The notes below the pieces were generated by a model, which saw only the letters and a list, made by a program, of their open reading frames with translations, was not told the origin of the DNA and did not search any database. DNA of 37,310 bases, taken from positions 1 through 37,310 of IMG/VR virus record IMGVR_UViG_3300030330_002505; one strand, 5' to 3'. The position numbers and the translations under genes were made by a program. Origin of the DNA: a virus. Lineage: Duplodnaviria; Caudoviricetes. Positions 17,507 through 25,283 of the stretch are shown piece by piece (the stretch's first letter is position 1; each line of letters starts with the position of its first letter).

Positions 17507-17656
17507 CTAAAAATCGCTTGCATCCAATGACTCATTATTTTCTCCGCTCTTTATGTGTTTGTCAACATCACAAACGGAAAAAAATCTTAGTATCAATACG
17601 TTTATGATAACCCAAGCTCCTAACAAAAATAACGCAATCATATCTCTTCTACTCAT
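17507..17656 (-). CDS. Small single-TM hypothetical protein, 49 aa; not in the ORF track
   Basis: Manual translation: MSRRDMIALFLLGAWVIINVLILRFFSVCDVDKHIKSGENNESLDASDF*; starts 8 nt after the upstream stop. Confidence 0.55.
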   Translation of the reverse strand: MSRRDMIALFLLGAWVIINVLILRFFSVCDVDKHIKSGENNESLDASDF

Positions 17657-17664
17657 TAAATATA

Positions 17665-18039
17665 TTAAAGTACAATGTAATCAACAAGCCTGTTCACATA
17701 TGGCAACAACAAATGCCTCCTACCCTCAGTTGCCCGAATGCCCTCAAGATCATCAAGGGCCACTCCTACAAGCACCTTATCTTGCCCGAATGCATCACAA
17801 ACTTCTTCCAAGTTACAACCAAACTCACTCACTAATGTATAGATGATGATGTTTCTCCAACGGATTATATAGTTCTTTTTTAGTTTCTTTAGCTGGTCTG
17901 GAGAATACCCAGTCATTTCTGATGCACCCTTTAACATTGCGTCAATGAGGCTATCAAGATCACCCGAATGCTTTTGCCCGAATGCATCTATGTTTTGTTC
18001 TTTTGTTTTTTGAGTTAGTGGTTGTTTTAATGTTTTCAT
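17665..18039 (-). CDS. DnaA C-terminal (domain IV)-like HTH DNA-binding protein
   Basis: ASEMTGYSPDQLKK...IRWRNIIIYTLVSEFGCNLEEVCDAFGQDKVLV aligns by eye with the DnaA domain IV pattern VAEYY.IS.EDL...ARQIAMYL.RELT..SLPEIG..FGRDHTTV. Confidence 0.6.
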   Translation of the reverse strand: MKTLKQPLTQKTKEQNIDAFGQKHSGDLDSLIDAMLKGASEMTGYSPDQLKKLKKNYIIRWRNIIIYTLVSEFGCNLEEVCDAFGQDKVLVGVALDDLEGIRATEGRRHLLLPYVNRLVDYIVL

Positions 18040-18053
18040 ATAAATGTTATTTG

Positions 18054-18311
18054 TTAATCTTTTGTTAAGTCGTTTATAATGTTTAGTCCCTCGATTGTTT
18101 CCGCTTCTATCTCTATTGGTTCACCTATTATTTGATTGCGTAAACTATCCATAGTGAAATCACTAACGTCCCCATACCTAGCTTCTTTTTCGCCTGGCTC
18201 TGGACTAAGGTTATATTGCTTAAATGATTTAACCTTGCCCGAATGCTTACAATAGATAACCTCAAATATTACGGGAATGCCGTTTGGCCTTAGTTGTCTT
18301 AGAATGTGCAT
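18054..18311 (-). CDS. Hypothetical early protein, 85 aa
   Basis: Clean ORF co-oriented with and packed against its neighbours; no recognisable motif. Confidence 0.7.
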   Translation of the reverse strand: MHILRQLRPNGIPVIFEVIYCKHSGKVKSFKQYNLSPEPGEKEARYGDVSDFTMDSLRNQIIGEPIEIEAETIEGLNIINDLTKD

Positions 18312-18378
18312 AAATTAGATTGCCCGAATGCCCGAATGCAATAATAAAAAATTTTTTGGTTGAGTTAATTTTTGAGTC

Positions 18379-18415
18379 AAAAAAAACCTGGAATTATTTT
18401 TATATAAAACCAGGT
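18379..18415 (-). terminator. Putative intrinsic terminator in the early region
   Basis: Minus strand ACCTGG...CCAGGT inverted repeat followed by a T run; the plus strand also has a T run; lies just after the 18431 stop. Confidence 0.55.
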
Positions 18416-18430
18416 CTTTTTAATTTTGTT

Positions 18431-18682
18431 TTAATGCTTTATTAGATTGTCTCTATTTGCAAGGTATAAACCTTTATAAATAGAATCTATAATTTTAATC
18501 ATTTCATTTTCATTACTTGAACTGATAAAATCATCTAAACAATCACTTCCAGAATAACAAGTTTTTAAATAAAATCTAAAATCGTCTTTAATGACAATAA
18601 ATTCTATTTCATTTTTTAGTTCGTTGTTTAGTCGTTTTAATGAAAAATCAATTTCATTAATATTATTATTATTATTTGTCAT
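18431..18682 (-). CDS. Hypothetical early protein, 83 aa
   Basis: ORF in the AT-rich early block, preceded by the AACTAACCA leader motif. Confidence 0.65.
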   Translation of the reverse strand: MTNNNNNINEIDFSLKRLNNELKNEIEFIVIKDDFRFYLKTCYSGSDCLDDFISSSNENEMIKIIDSIYKGLYLANRDNLIKH

Positions 18683-18723
18683 TTATTTGTTCTATTTGGT
18701 TAGTTAGTTAATAAAATTATTTT

Positions 18724-19623
18724 TTAATGGGTAGCTATTGCAATGGTAACACCTTTAAAACGATCCGAGCCACACGCATGGCCGTTGGGCGTACATGAAC
18801 CGCATAAACCAGGACAAACAAAAGCCCGTCGATCTCCTAGGGAAGTTTTAACGGCGTTATTATAAGCCTTTGTTCTAGCTCCAATTGGGGCATCAAATTG
18901 CTTGTTTATTTCAACCGCTACAAATTCACCACGCACACATGATAAACCGTTCATTCTTTTTTTAACCTCATTATTATGAATTGAACCGCTGGAAAGATTG
19001 AGCTTGTAGTTCTCTGGAAAGGTCAAATTGAGTGAGTCATAAATTAAAAACTCTTTCCAGCTTTTAGAATATCCATAAGCTTTTATCTCAGGACGTAAAA
19101 ATAAAAGATTCATCCAAAAAGTTAAATCGTTTACGTTCCTAAAATCTCCATCCACGTAAAGACGCAAGTTTAGAAAAGACTTTCCCTTTTTTAATTTAAG
19201 GCTTTTAAATTCACTTGCTATTATATCCCTACCCTTTTTTGAATTCATCAAATAGAAATTTTGAAGCTGCCTAAAAAAAGCTGCTGGATAACGCCAGGCC
19301 TTAAACGAGTAACAAAAATCAAGGCAATCGCCAGCGCCTGGGCACGTTGCGCCTGGAATACTTGAGAAGCTAACAAACGGAAGTTTAGAATTCCCACCAT
19401 TTGCAAATATTGAAAATGGAATAGTTTTATATTCATCATCTAATAACAATGATTTAAATTTATTGGCATAATAACCCCAGGTACCACGTTTAATTCCTGA
19501 TTGCTTTTCTATATCTTCAAGAGCTTTTAATACTGGATCAATTCCGTTAGTTTCTATTTGGTCAACAAGGTCAACCAGTTTAAGGGCCATTGAACGATTA
19601 AAGGCCCATTTCTTTTTTTGCAT
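18724..19623 (-). CDS. GP88-like Cys-rich protein (radical-SAM-like fold suspected), 299 aa
   Basis: GNSKL...FSSIPGATCPGAGDCLDFCY, LRLYVDGDF, YGYSKS and C-terminal FVCPGLCGSC..HAC match the recalled Gene product 88 family pattern. Confidence 0.7.
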   Translation of the reverse strand: MQKKKWAFNRSMALKLVDLVDQIETNGIDPVLKALEDIEKQSGIKRGTWGYYANKFKSLLLDDEYKTIPFSIFANGGNSKLPFVSFSSIPGATCPGAGDCLDFCYSFKAWRYPAAFFRQLQNFYLMNSKKGRDIIASEFKSLKLKKGKSFLNLRLYVDGDFRNVNDLTFWMNLLFLRPEIKAYGYSKSWKEFLIYDSLNLTFPENYKLNLSSGSIHNNEVKKRMNGLSCVRGEFVAVEINKQFDAPIGARTKAYNNAVKTSLGDRRAFVCPGLCGSCTPNGHACGSDRFKGVTIAIATH

Positions 19624-19751
19624 TGTATTGGATGGTTTAGGTTAAAACCAGTTATCAAGATTATAGGATTGTATCTTTAATAACTGAATACAGATAACCA
19701 AGAAAAACCCTGGCTATCTGTTTTCAATAATTAAAAAAAGGGATATCAAGT

Positions 19752-19829
19752 TTAAAAATATTTCTCTGATATTCCAGCAACAACGCAAAGTATGCACGTT
19801 CCAATTAAAACGAGTAATAAAAATGCCAT
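19752..19829 (-). CDS. Putative 25-aa hydrophobic peptide; not in the ORF track
   Basis: MAFLLLVLIGTCILCVVAGISEKYF*; starts 10 nt after the upstream stop; short enough to be chance. Confidence 0.35.
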   Translation of the reverse strand: MAFLLLVLIGTCILCVVAGISEKYF

Positions 19830-19839
19830 GATGATAATA

Positions 19840-20121
19840 TTAATTAAGAACTAATAACAATCCAAATTGACTCTTTACAATTTTATTAGATGCAATACAA
19901 AAATCTAAGAATCTTTTTTGTCTGCATTGAAACTCTAAATCTTGAATCTTTTCTTCGTCCATTTTTTCAATTTCAGAATCTGAATAACCCAATTGCTGGA
20001 GTCTTGTATCGTCGTTAGATGCTAAGTATTCATCTTCCACTAATTCATAATGGTCATTATATGCCTCACTTAGTGAATTTAGAATTACTACTTCTTTATC
20101 TTCTAGATGTCTTGGTAACAT
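19840..20121 (-). CDS. Hypothetical acidic early protein, 93 aa
   Basis: Clean ORF preceded by the AACTTAACCA leader. Confidence 0.7.
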   Translation of the reverse strand: MLPRHLEDKEVVILNSLSEAYNDHYELVEDEYLASNDDTRLQQLGYSDSEIEKMDEEKIQDLEFQCRQKRFLDFCIASNKIVKSQFGLLLVLN

Positions 20122-20144
20122 AATATTAATGTGGTTAAGTTAAG

Positions 20145-20306
20145 TTAAATTATTTTGGAGTATTTGTTTACGTGCTTTTCTAGTTCTTCAACAGTAGTGA
20201 AAAAACCTGTAATTGTTAAGATATCAATATTGTCTATTGTATTTTGAATTTTAAGAAGCTTGTCAAATAACAAGTTCCATTGCTCAGATTGTCTAATATT
20301 GTTCAT
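20145..20306 (-). CDS. Hypothetical early protein, 53 aa; not in the ORF track
   Basis: MNNIRQSEQWNLLFDKLLKIQNTIDNIDILTITGFFTTVEELEKHVNKYSKII*; preceded by AACTTAACCA. Confidence 0.6.
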   Translation of the reverse strand: MNNIRQSEQWNLLFDKLLKIQNTIDNIDILTITGFFTTVEELEKHVNKYSKII

Positions 20307-20411
20307 TTTTATTTGGTGTTATTTGGTTAAGTTTAGATAGTTAGGTTAAATAACTGCGCCTATTATTGCACTGATAAAAACAAGCGCAAATAATTTTCTC
20401 TACTTTTTTCA

Positions 20412-20735
20412 TTAATTTTTAGTAATGTTCTTTTTATACCTGGCAAACTGGTTTTTCACTATTGGAATATAAAGCGAGTCTATGCATCTAATAAGAGCTT
20501 CTTCTGTATCTTCATTATTTAATAGGTACGACAAGCCACTGACGGCCAGGCATGCATGCAAGGATTCGTGCAAGATCGTTTCTAGTGTCTCCTGGGCCGT
20601 TAACGTATCTCGGATTGTTATGGTCTTTTTGTCAATGTCACATAATCCAAAGTCATTCATGGATTTGTATTGGATCTTGAACAGTACCCCAGCAATTGAA
20701 ATTGATTTAGGTCTGTAAGTTTCTTTATCAGTCAT
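20412..20735 (-). CDS. Small HExxH zinc-metallopeptidase-like protein (ImmA/IrrE-like); probably the first early gene
   Basis: FGLCD...TITI...ETILHESLHA...EEAL: HExxH plus a downstream Glu. Confidence 0.7.
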   Translation of the reverse strand: MTDKETYRPKSISIAGVLFKIQYKSMNDFGLCDIDKKTITIRDTLTAQETLETILHESLHACLAVSGLSYLLNNEDTEEALIRCIDSLYIPIVKNQFARYKKNITKN

Positions 20736-21077
20736 TAATTAAAATAGTTTAGTTGTTTGAGTGTGGTTACAAAGTGAATACGTTACAAAAGCAAAAACGA
20801 GCATAGAAAAAAAGACACCCAAAAAAAAGAAAGGCTAATTAATCCAATCAATTAAGTAATAAATCATTAACTCAATATGTAGGATCTGGCGTAAATACTA
20901 TTATAGTAGGATCAATTTCGGATCCTGACAATTTAGCCAGACAATAGCCCCCATTGTAATTGTTTAGATGTCTTGATATTTTAACAACCTGACCCCCATT
21001 GGGGTACAATCGAATCCGTATACCATACGTTACCCCTTCAGATTTTTGCACCAAAAGAAAGGAAGGGTAGATTTATT

Positions 21078-21240
21078 AACAAACTCACTCAAACACTCAA
21101 CATCAAGGTGCTAACATACTTATAGACTTATATAACATATATAACATATATAACATAAAGCTAACACCTTTATACATATATACATATATAACACCTATAA
21201 CACCTATAACATATCTTTTAGAGTGAGTTATTGAGTTGTT
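21078..21240. repeat. Short tandem repeat array (TATAACA-type units) flanked by inverted AACTCACTC boxes; probable genome-end region
   Basis: Tandem ATATAACAT, TATACATA and TATAACACC units between AACAAACTCACTCAAACACTCA (21078) and GAGTGAGTTATTGAGTTGTT (21221-21240); non-coding, between the last late gene and the first early gene. Confidence 0.75.
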
Positions 21241-21345
21241 ATTTAAACTACTTATCCAATTGACCATATTTCATATATCCAATTTATATAAGTAATGGAT
21301 TGTTGACCTCCCCTTTGGGGTTTTTAAGCTCCCCTTTCCTCGCTC

Positions 21346-21366
21346 CTTCATATACAGTCGTAAATT
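21346..21366 (-). promoter_or_regulatory. Candidate phage RNAP promoter, phiOR-like: AATTTACGACTGTATATGAAG
   Basis: 20/21 identical to 8008-8028; lies right after the last late gene and points into the terminal repeat array, like T7 phiOR. Confidence 0.7.
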
Positions 21367-21380
21367 CAACGCCCCTATTT

Positions 21381-22094
21381 TTATAGGATAACGTGTTCAT
21401 CGCTCCATTGCTTAATTCCTGTGGCTAGTGCTTGGCTGAGAATGTGTTCATTGTTAGCGAATGTAGTCCAATCTGGCTCGAAGCAAGTTCCGAAGAAAGG
21501 CTCAGTGATGACAGCAGGGCAATGGGTTCCTCTGAGGAATGTAGCACCTCTATCACCGCTCTTTCTGCTTTTGGCTCCTCGACTTTTAATAAGTGGGAAA
21601 TATTTCTGGCAGCCTCTAAGAAGATACTCAGCGAGGCTTAGACCGATCCTAGAGGTATTCCAGTAGAGCATTTCCATTCCATTGGCCTTCGAGTTGCTTG
21701 AGGCATTGAAGTGGAGTTCTATGGCGATGGATGCTTTTTCTTTCTTTAGGTGTTTTATGAGCCAGTTCATGGCAGATGTGTAGGAGCCATAGGTTCCTCC
21801 GTAGTCATCTACGACAAAGCTACTGATGCCATATTCCTGGAGGTCTGACTTCAGGTATTCAGCGACCTTCTTATTGTAGGTCCACTCGTTGATTCCTCCA
21901 CATGATACAGCACCAGTATCTCCCTTCCTTGAGTGTCCTACGCATATAGCGACATTTAGGTCTTCTCTAGGAATGCTGTTGGTGGGAAAGGGTACAGTGG
22001 GTTTCTCCTTTAGCTTTTCTATTTCGTTGATGTGTTCAATGGCGTTACTGATGTGTTCTTGAGCCTTGAACAGGTCTTCTTTAATGTCCTTCAT
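21381..22094 (-). CDS. N-acetylmuramoyl-L-alanine amidase (Amidase_3) endolysin
   Basis: VAICVGHS...GA...INEWTYN, IELHFNA and PAVITEPFF Zn-amidase motifs; about 45-aa helical N-terminal extension. Confidence 0.92.
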   Translation of the reverse strand: MKDIKEDLFKAQEHISNAIEHINEIEKLKEKPTVPFPTNSIPREDLNVAICVGHSRKGDTGAVSCGGINEWTYNKKVAEYLKSDLQEYGISSFVVDDYGGTYGSYTSAMNWLIKHLKKEKASIAIELHFNASSNSKANGMEMLYWNTSRIGLSLAEYLLRGCQKYFPLIKSRGAKSRKSGDRGATFLRGTHCPAVITEPFFGTCFEPDWTTFANNEHILSQALATGIKQWSDEHVIL

Positions 22095-22171
22095 ATTTCC
22101 TCTACAAATCGTCGTTGTTAAAAAATGGTATATAGTGAGTGAGTTATTGTTCTAAGCCCACCTCGTTAATC

Positions 22172-23833
22172 CTAGAGCCAGTTAGGGCTATTCCTATGGT
22201 TCTTCTTGTTCCCAAAGTAGCTGTCAGCCATCTTTTGTAACTCCTGGTCTAGTAAATCCTCCTTGCGATCCTTTATCTTCTTTTCGGCATCCTGTGCCAT
22301 CTGTTCAGACCAATAGCTCACTGCCATTGCTAGGGCATCCAATCGGTCATCGTGGGTGATAGCACCTCTGTCCCTAGTGATTCTGGACATTTGATAAATG
22401 AGTTGGTATTTGAGTTGGGATTCAAGAGGGTAGTTCTGAGCAGTCTGAAAGTCCTGTCGGATAACATCAGGTGATATAACAAGCTTATGCTGACTCATTA
22501 CTGGCTCAAGGGTGTCAATGATCCTCTTCTCCTTCTGGATGCTGTGGCGTACTTCTTCAATCGAGCAGGGGTGTATTTTGTTTAGGAAAGGTTTAAACAA
22601 CTCACTAAACATACCATCACCAAAGTTACTCTCAACAATGATGTAGTTGACCTTATGGGTCTTTGCTTTCATTGCAAGCACCTTGAGGACATCTTCTCCG
22701 TAGCCCCCTTGCATTCCTCCTGCATCAGGAACGTATAGGTATCCGTTGAGCATCTTTACGATAGCCCAGGAGGTTTCATCTCGTCCTCTTCCTGATGGGT
22801 CAATGGACATCACTGATCCAGTGAACTCAACCATGTCACCAACTTGCTTGAAAGGTCTATAGAATCTATCTCCACTAAAGCCTACATTAGGGACATCTCC
22901 AGTCCAAGCTAGGTCTGGTGATTGCGCCCACACTACTTTCTCAGGAGCCACCTCATTGTCTATGTCCATTACAAGCAAGTCGTTGACCTTAAGGGGGAAG
23001 CGATCAACATCTGACAGTTTACTATCGAGCATGAACTGCATAGCAAAGCCAGCTTTTCCGTAGCTGACCTCCCGTTCTGCCAGATCTATCTCACTAAACC
23101 TTATAGGTTCTGTGGACTTGTTCTTCTTTTCTTCAGACACGCAAAGTGGGCTAACTCGTCCATAATAAGTTTTCTCATTATCTTTGGGAGTTATGTACTT
23201 GCAGGGCCATATGCAAGCGGTGTAGTCTCTCTCCATCAGTTTGTTGTAGAGTGAGTCTTCACATTGAGGCGTACCCAGAAAAACAATCTTGGATTCCTTA
23301 TCAGGTTTTAATATGGACTCGAACTCCTTTACCTGCTCTCCAAGCTTATCTCTCATGCCTTGCGTGGCTGAGTTGTTTGGAACCTCCACATCGTCGGCCA
23401 CTATGATGTCAGCCCTACTTCCAGTTAGTTGGGAGGTAATGCCTAGTGACTTAACACTCGGAGCATGACTAGCTGGTGCAGGGCCAACATCAAAACTTAT
23501 CTTTGAAAATCGTTGTTTATCTGTGGGGATCAAGTGGGCTAGTAGAGGCATCTCATGGATTAGCCTCAAAGTGAACGTGGAGAAATCGTCGGCTCTAGTT
23601 TTACTGGCAGAGCATACCAGGATGTTTTTTGATGGGTCCAGAAGTAGTTGGTGTACAACGTATGCTGAACATATCCAAGATTTACCTACGCCTCGGAAGC
23701 CTTGGATAACAGCCCTTCTAGGGCCATTCTGCATCCAGTCAGCAATCTCGTATTGTATGTCTGTGGGGTCTGGGAGATTGAGGTGCTTCCAAACGAGGTA
23801 AAGGAAATTTCTGAAGTCCTTTAACTCTTCCAT
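22172..23833 (-). CDS. terL: Terminase large subunit (T7 gp19-like)
   Basis: GFRGVGKSWI Walker A, TGSRADIIVADDVE Walker B, LGTPQ, IDPSGRGRDE, HDDRLDALA. Confidence 0.98.
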   Translation of the reverse strand: MEELKDFRNFLYLVWKHLNLPDPTDIQYEIADWMQNGPRRAVIQGFRGVGKSWICSAYVVHQLLLDPSKNILVCSASKTRADDFSTFTLRLIHEMPLLAHLIPTDKQRFSKISFDVGPAPASHAPSVKSLGITSQLTGSRADIIVADDVEVPNNSATQGMRDKLGEQVKEFESILKPDKESKIVFLGTPQCEDSLYNKLMERDYTACIWPCKYITPKDNEKTYYGRVSPLCVSEEKKNKSTEPIRFSEIDLAEREVSYGKAGFAMQFMLDSKLSDVDRFPLKVNDLLVMDIDNEVAPEKVVWAQSPDLAWTGDVPNVGFSGDRFYRPFKQVGDMVEFTGSVMSIDPSGRGRDETSWAIVKMLNGYLYVPDAGGMQGGYGEDVLKVLAMKAKTHKVNYIIVESNFGDGMFSELFKPFLNKIHPCSIEEVRHSIQKEKRIIDTLEPVMSQHKLVISPDVIRQDFQTAQNYPLESQLKYQLIYQMSRITRDRGAITHDDRLDALAMAVSYWSEQMAQDAEKKIKDRKEDLLDQELQKMADSYFGNKKNHRNSPNWL

Positions 23834-23852
23834 ATTTGGGGTGTGTTATTTA

Positions 23853-24098
23853 TTAGTTAACTTTACTTGTAGGGGGTTCCTCTTCTTCCTCTTTAAACGG
23901 AAGAATACTTACAAGGTCTTGTATCTTAGTGTCTTGCTTAAGTCCTGAGTGTACTCCGTTGTCTTTAAGGTACTGCCTAGCAGCGTTTAGTAAAGAAGGT
24001 TCTGCGTCTCCAAGTTTTATCCTTTCTATGAACTCATCTGTTAGAAGATCCTGTAAAGTATACATTCTCTTCATGCTGTCTTTTTCGTTGTTATCCAT
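23853..24098 (-). CDS. terS: Terminase small subunit (T7 gp18-like)
   Basis: LLNAARQYLKDNGV motif; directly upstream of terL. Confidence 0.85.
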   Translation of the reverse strand: MDNNEKDSMKRMYTLQDLLTDEFIERIKLGDAEPSLLNAARQYLKDNGVHSGLKQDTKIQDLVSILPFKEEEEEPPTSKVN

Positions 24099-24102
24099 GT
24101 AG

Positions 24103-24264
24103 TTATTTATCCTTTTTACGTAATTCTGATATTATCTTTAAGATCATGTAAACAAGAGTAGCAGCACCAACTAATATAGCTAATATCTCATTGACATCGT
24201 TAAGTGTTATATTTGCTAAAAGACCTAAAACACCGACTGTGGGCGTTGTGAATTGATTGTTCAT
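24103..24264 (-). CDS. Holin (T7 gp17.5 position), 53 aa; not in the ORF track
   Basis: MNNQFTTPTVGVLGLLANITLNDVNEILAILVGAATLVYMILKIISELRKKDK*: hydrophobic segments and a basic tail, between the fibre gene and terS. Confidence 0.75.
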   Translation of the reverse strand: MNNQFTTPTVGVLGLLANITLNDVNEILAILVGAATLVYMILKIISELRKKDK

Positions 24265-24275
24265 GTACGTGGGGA

Positions 24276-25247
24276 TTATGCTAGTTGAAAGACTCCAAAA
24301 GCTGCGTCTTGAGCATTTATGCTTAAAGTTCCTGCTCCAGAATTAGCTTTGACTCGCATCTTAATAGGTTGGTTTGTTGTTAAGAAATCAATAGCAAAGG
24401 TACTTACTGACGCTGTAGTCATGTTTGTGTTAGACCCACCGCCTCCTGAAGAATCGCCATGTCTTTCAGAAAGTCCTTGAGTTGTCCCATTTATAGGACT
24501 GTCACTTTTTGTTAATAATAATTCTACAAGGGATAGATCATTAGGATCGGTACAAGTAACTCTAACTTGTCCTTGAATACAATAATAACCATTGGCAGGA
24601 GGTGTGAAGGTATTGTTTGCAAATGAGTTTGTATTATCTCTTTCTTCATCATTTAGAACAACATCAGTCAATGTGTTAGCTGATAAAGTTTGAGGTGCGC
24701 TATTAGTTACAAACAGTTTAGCAAAATTAGAATTTGGTATGCTTACAGTTCCAGTAGCAGTTAGGTTATTAACACTCAAGTTTGTGCTTGAAGGGAGACT
24801 TACTGTACCTGTAGCAGTCAGGTTATCTACAGTTGTAGTTCCGCTCAGTGACAGGTTGTTGGTACTCGTAGTTCCAATAGCTGCTGCATCCTCTGCAACT
24901 TCTTGTGCCACAAACAGTCCTTGCTTGTATGCAGTATCCAGATCGCTTTCGGTCAGCCTTGCGCCATCTACAAAGTCTACGAGTGCGTTTGAAGTTGTCT
25001 GTCGATAGACTCGTATCTTTGTGTACTGTAGGGCATCTGAAGCAGTAAGGGTAATTTTTTTATTAGCGGAACTGTCCAAAGATCCTTGACTAGCAAGAGG
25101 CACATCAGTCCATGCGTTCATGAGCAACCCTTTGCACTTAATATCGTTTGCGTTGAGTACTTCTATGTTTGCGTAACTAAATTGGTTTTGACCTCTTTGA
25201 TTTGTTCCTGTTCCTAGTTCGGAATATTCAATGTATGTATTTGGCAT
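24276..25247 (-). CDS. Tail fibre protein (T7 gp17 N-terminal adaptor, short shaft, C1q-like tip)
   Basis: RVYRQT...LVDFVDGARLTESDLD...QGLFVAQE adaptor motif; NLTATGTVS repeated twice; FTPPANGYYCIQGQV C1q-like motif. Confidence 0.88.
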   Translation of the reverse strand: MPNTYIEYSELGTGTNQRGQNQFSYANIEVLNANDIKCKGLLMNAWTDVPLASQGSLDSSANKKITLTASDALQYTKIRVYRQTTSNALVDFVDGARLTESDLDTAYKQGLFVAQEVAEDAAAIGTTSTNNLSLSGTTTVDNLTATGTVSLPSSTNLSVNNLTATGTVSIPNSNFAKLFVTNSAPQTLSANTLTDVVLNDEERDNTNSFANNTFTPPANGYYCIQGQVRVTCTDPNDLSLVELLLTKSDSPINGTTQGLSERHGDSSGGGGSNTNMTTASVSTFAIDFLTTNQPIKMRVKANSGAGTLSINAQDAAFGVFQLA

Positions 25248-25283
25248 AAGTAATTGATTGTTTTTGTGAGTTGTTAATTTGTT

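Larger units (their letters stand above)
16955..18339 (-). repeat. Cluster of nine direct repeats GCATTCGGG (plus strand CCCGAATGC)
   Basis: Plus-strand starts 16955, 17026, 17733, 17785, 17963, 17977, 18238, 18323, 18331; seven extend to TGCCCGAATGC; all in the same orientation. Confidence 0.95.

Noticed and set aside
16955-18339. CRISPR or mini-array interpretation of the GCATTCGGG repeats
   Set aside because: The repeat is only 9-11 bp, spacing is irregular (8 to about 700 bp), it lies mostly inside CDS, and there are no cas genes
20872-21054. 60-aa minus-strand ORF in the end region
   Set aside because: Non-ATG start, no motif, and it overlaps hairpins and repeats of the probable terminus; likely non-coding
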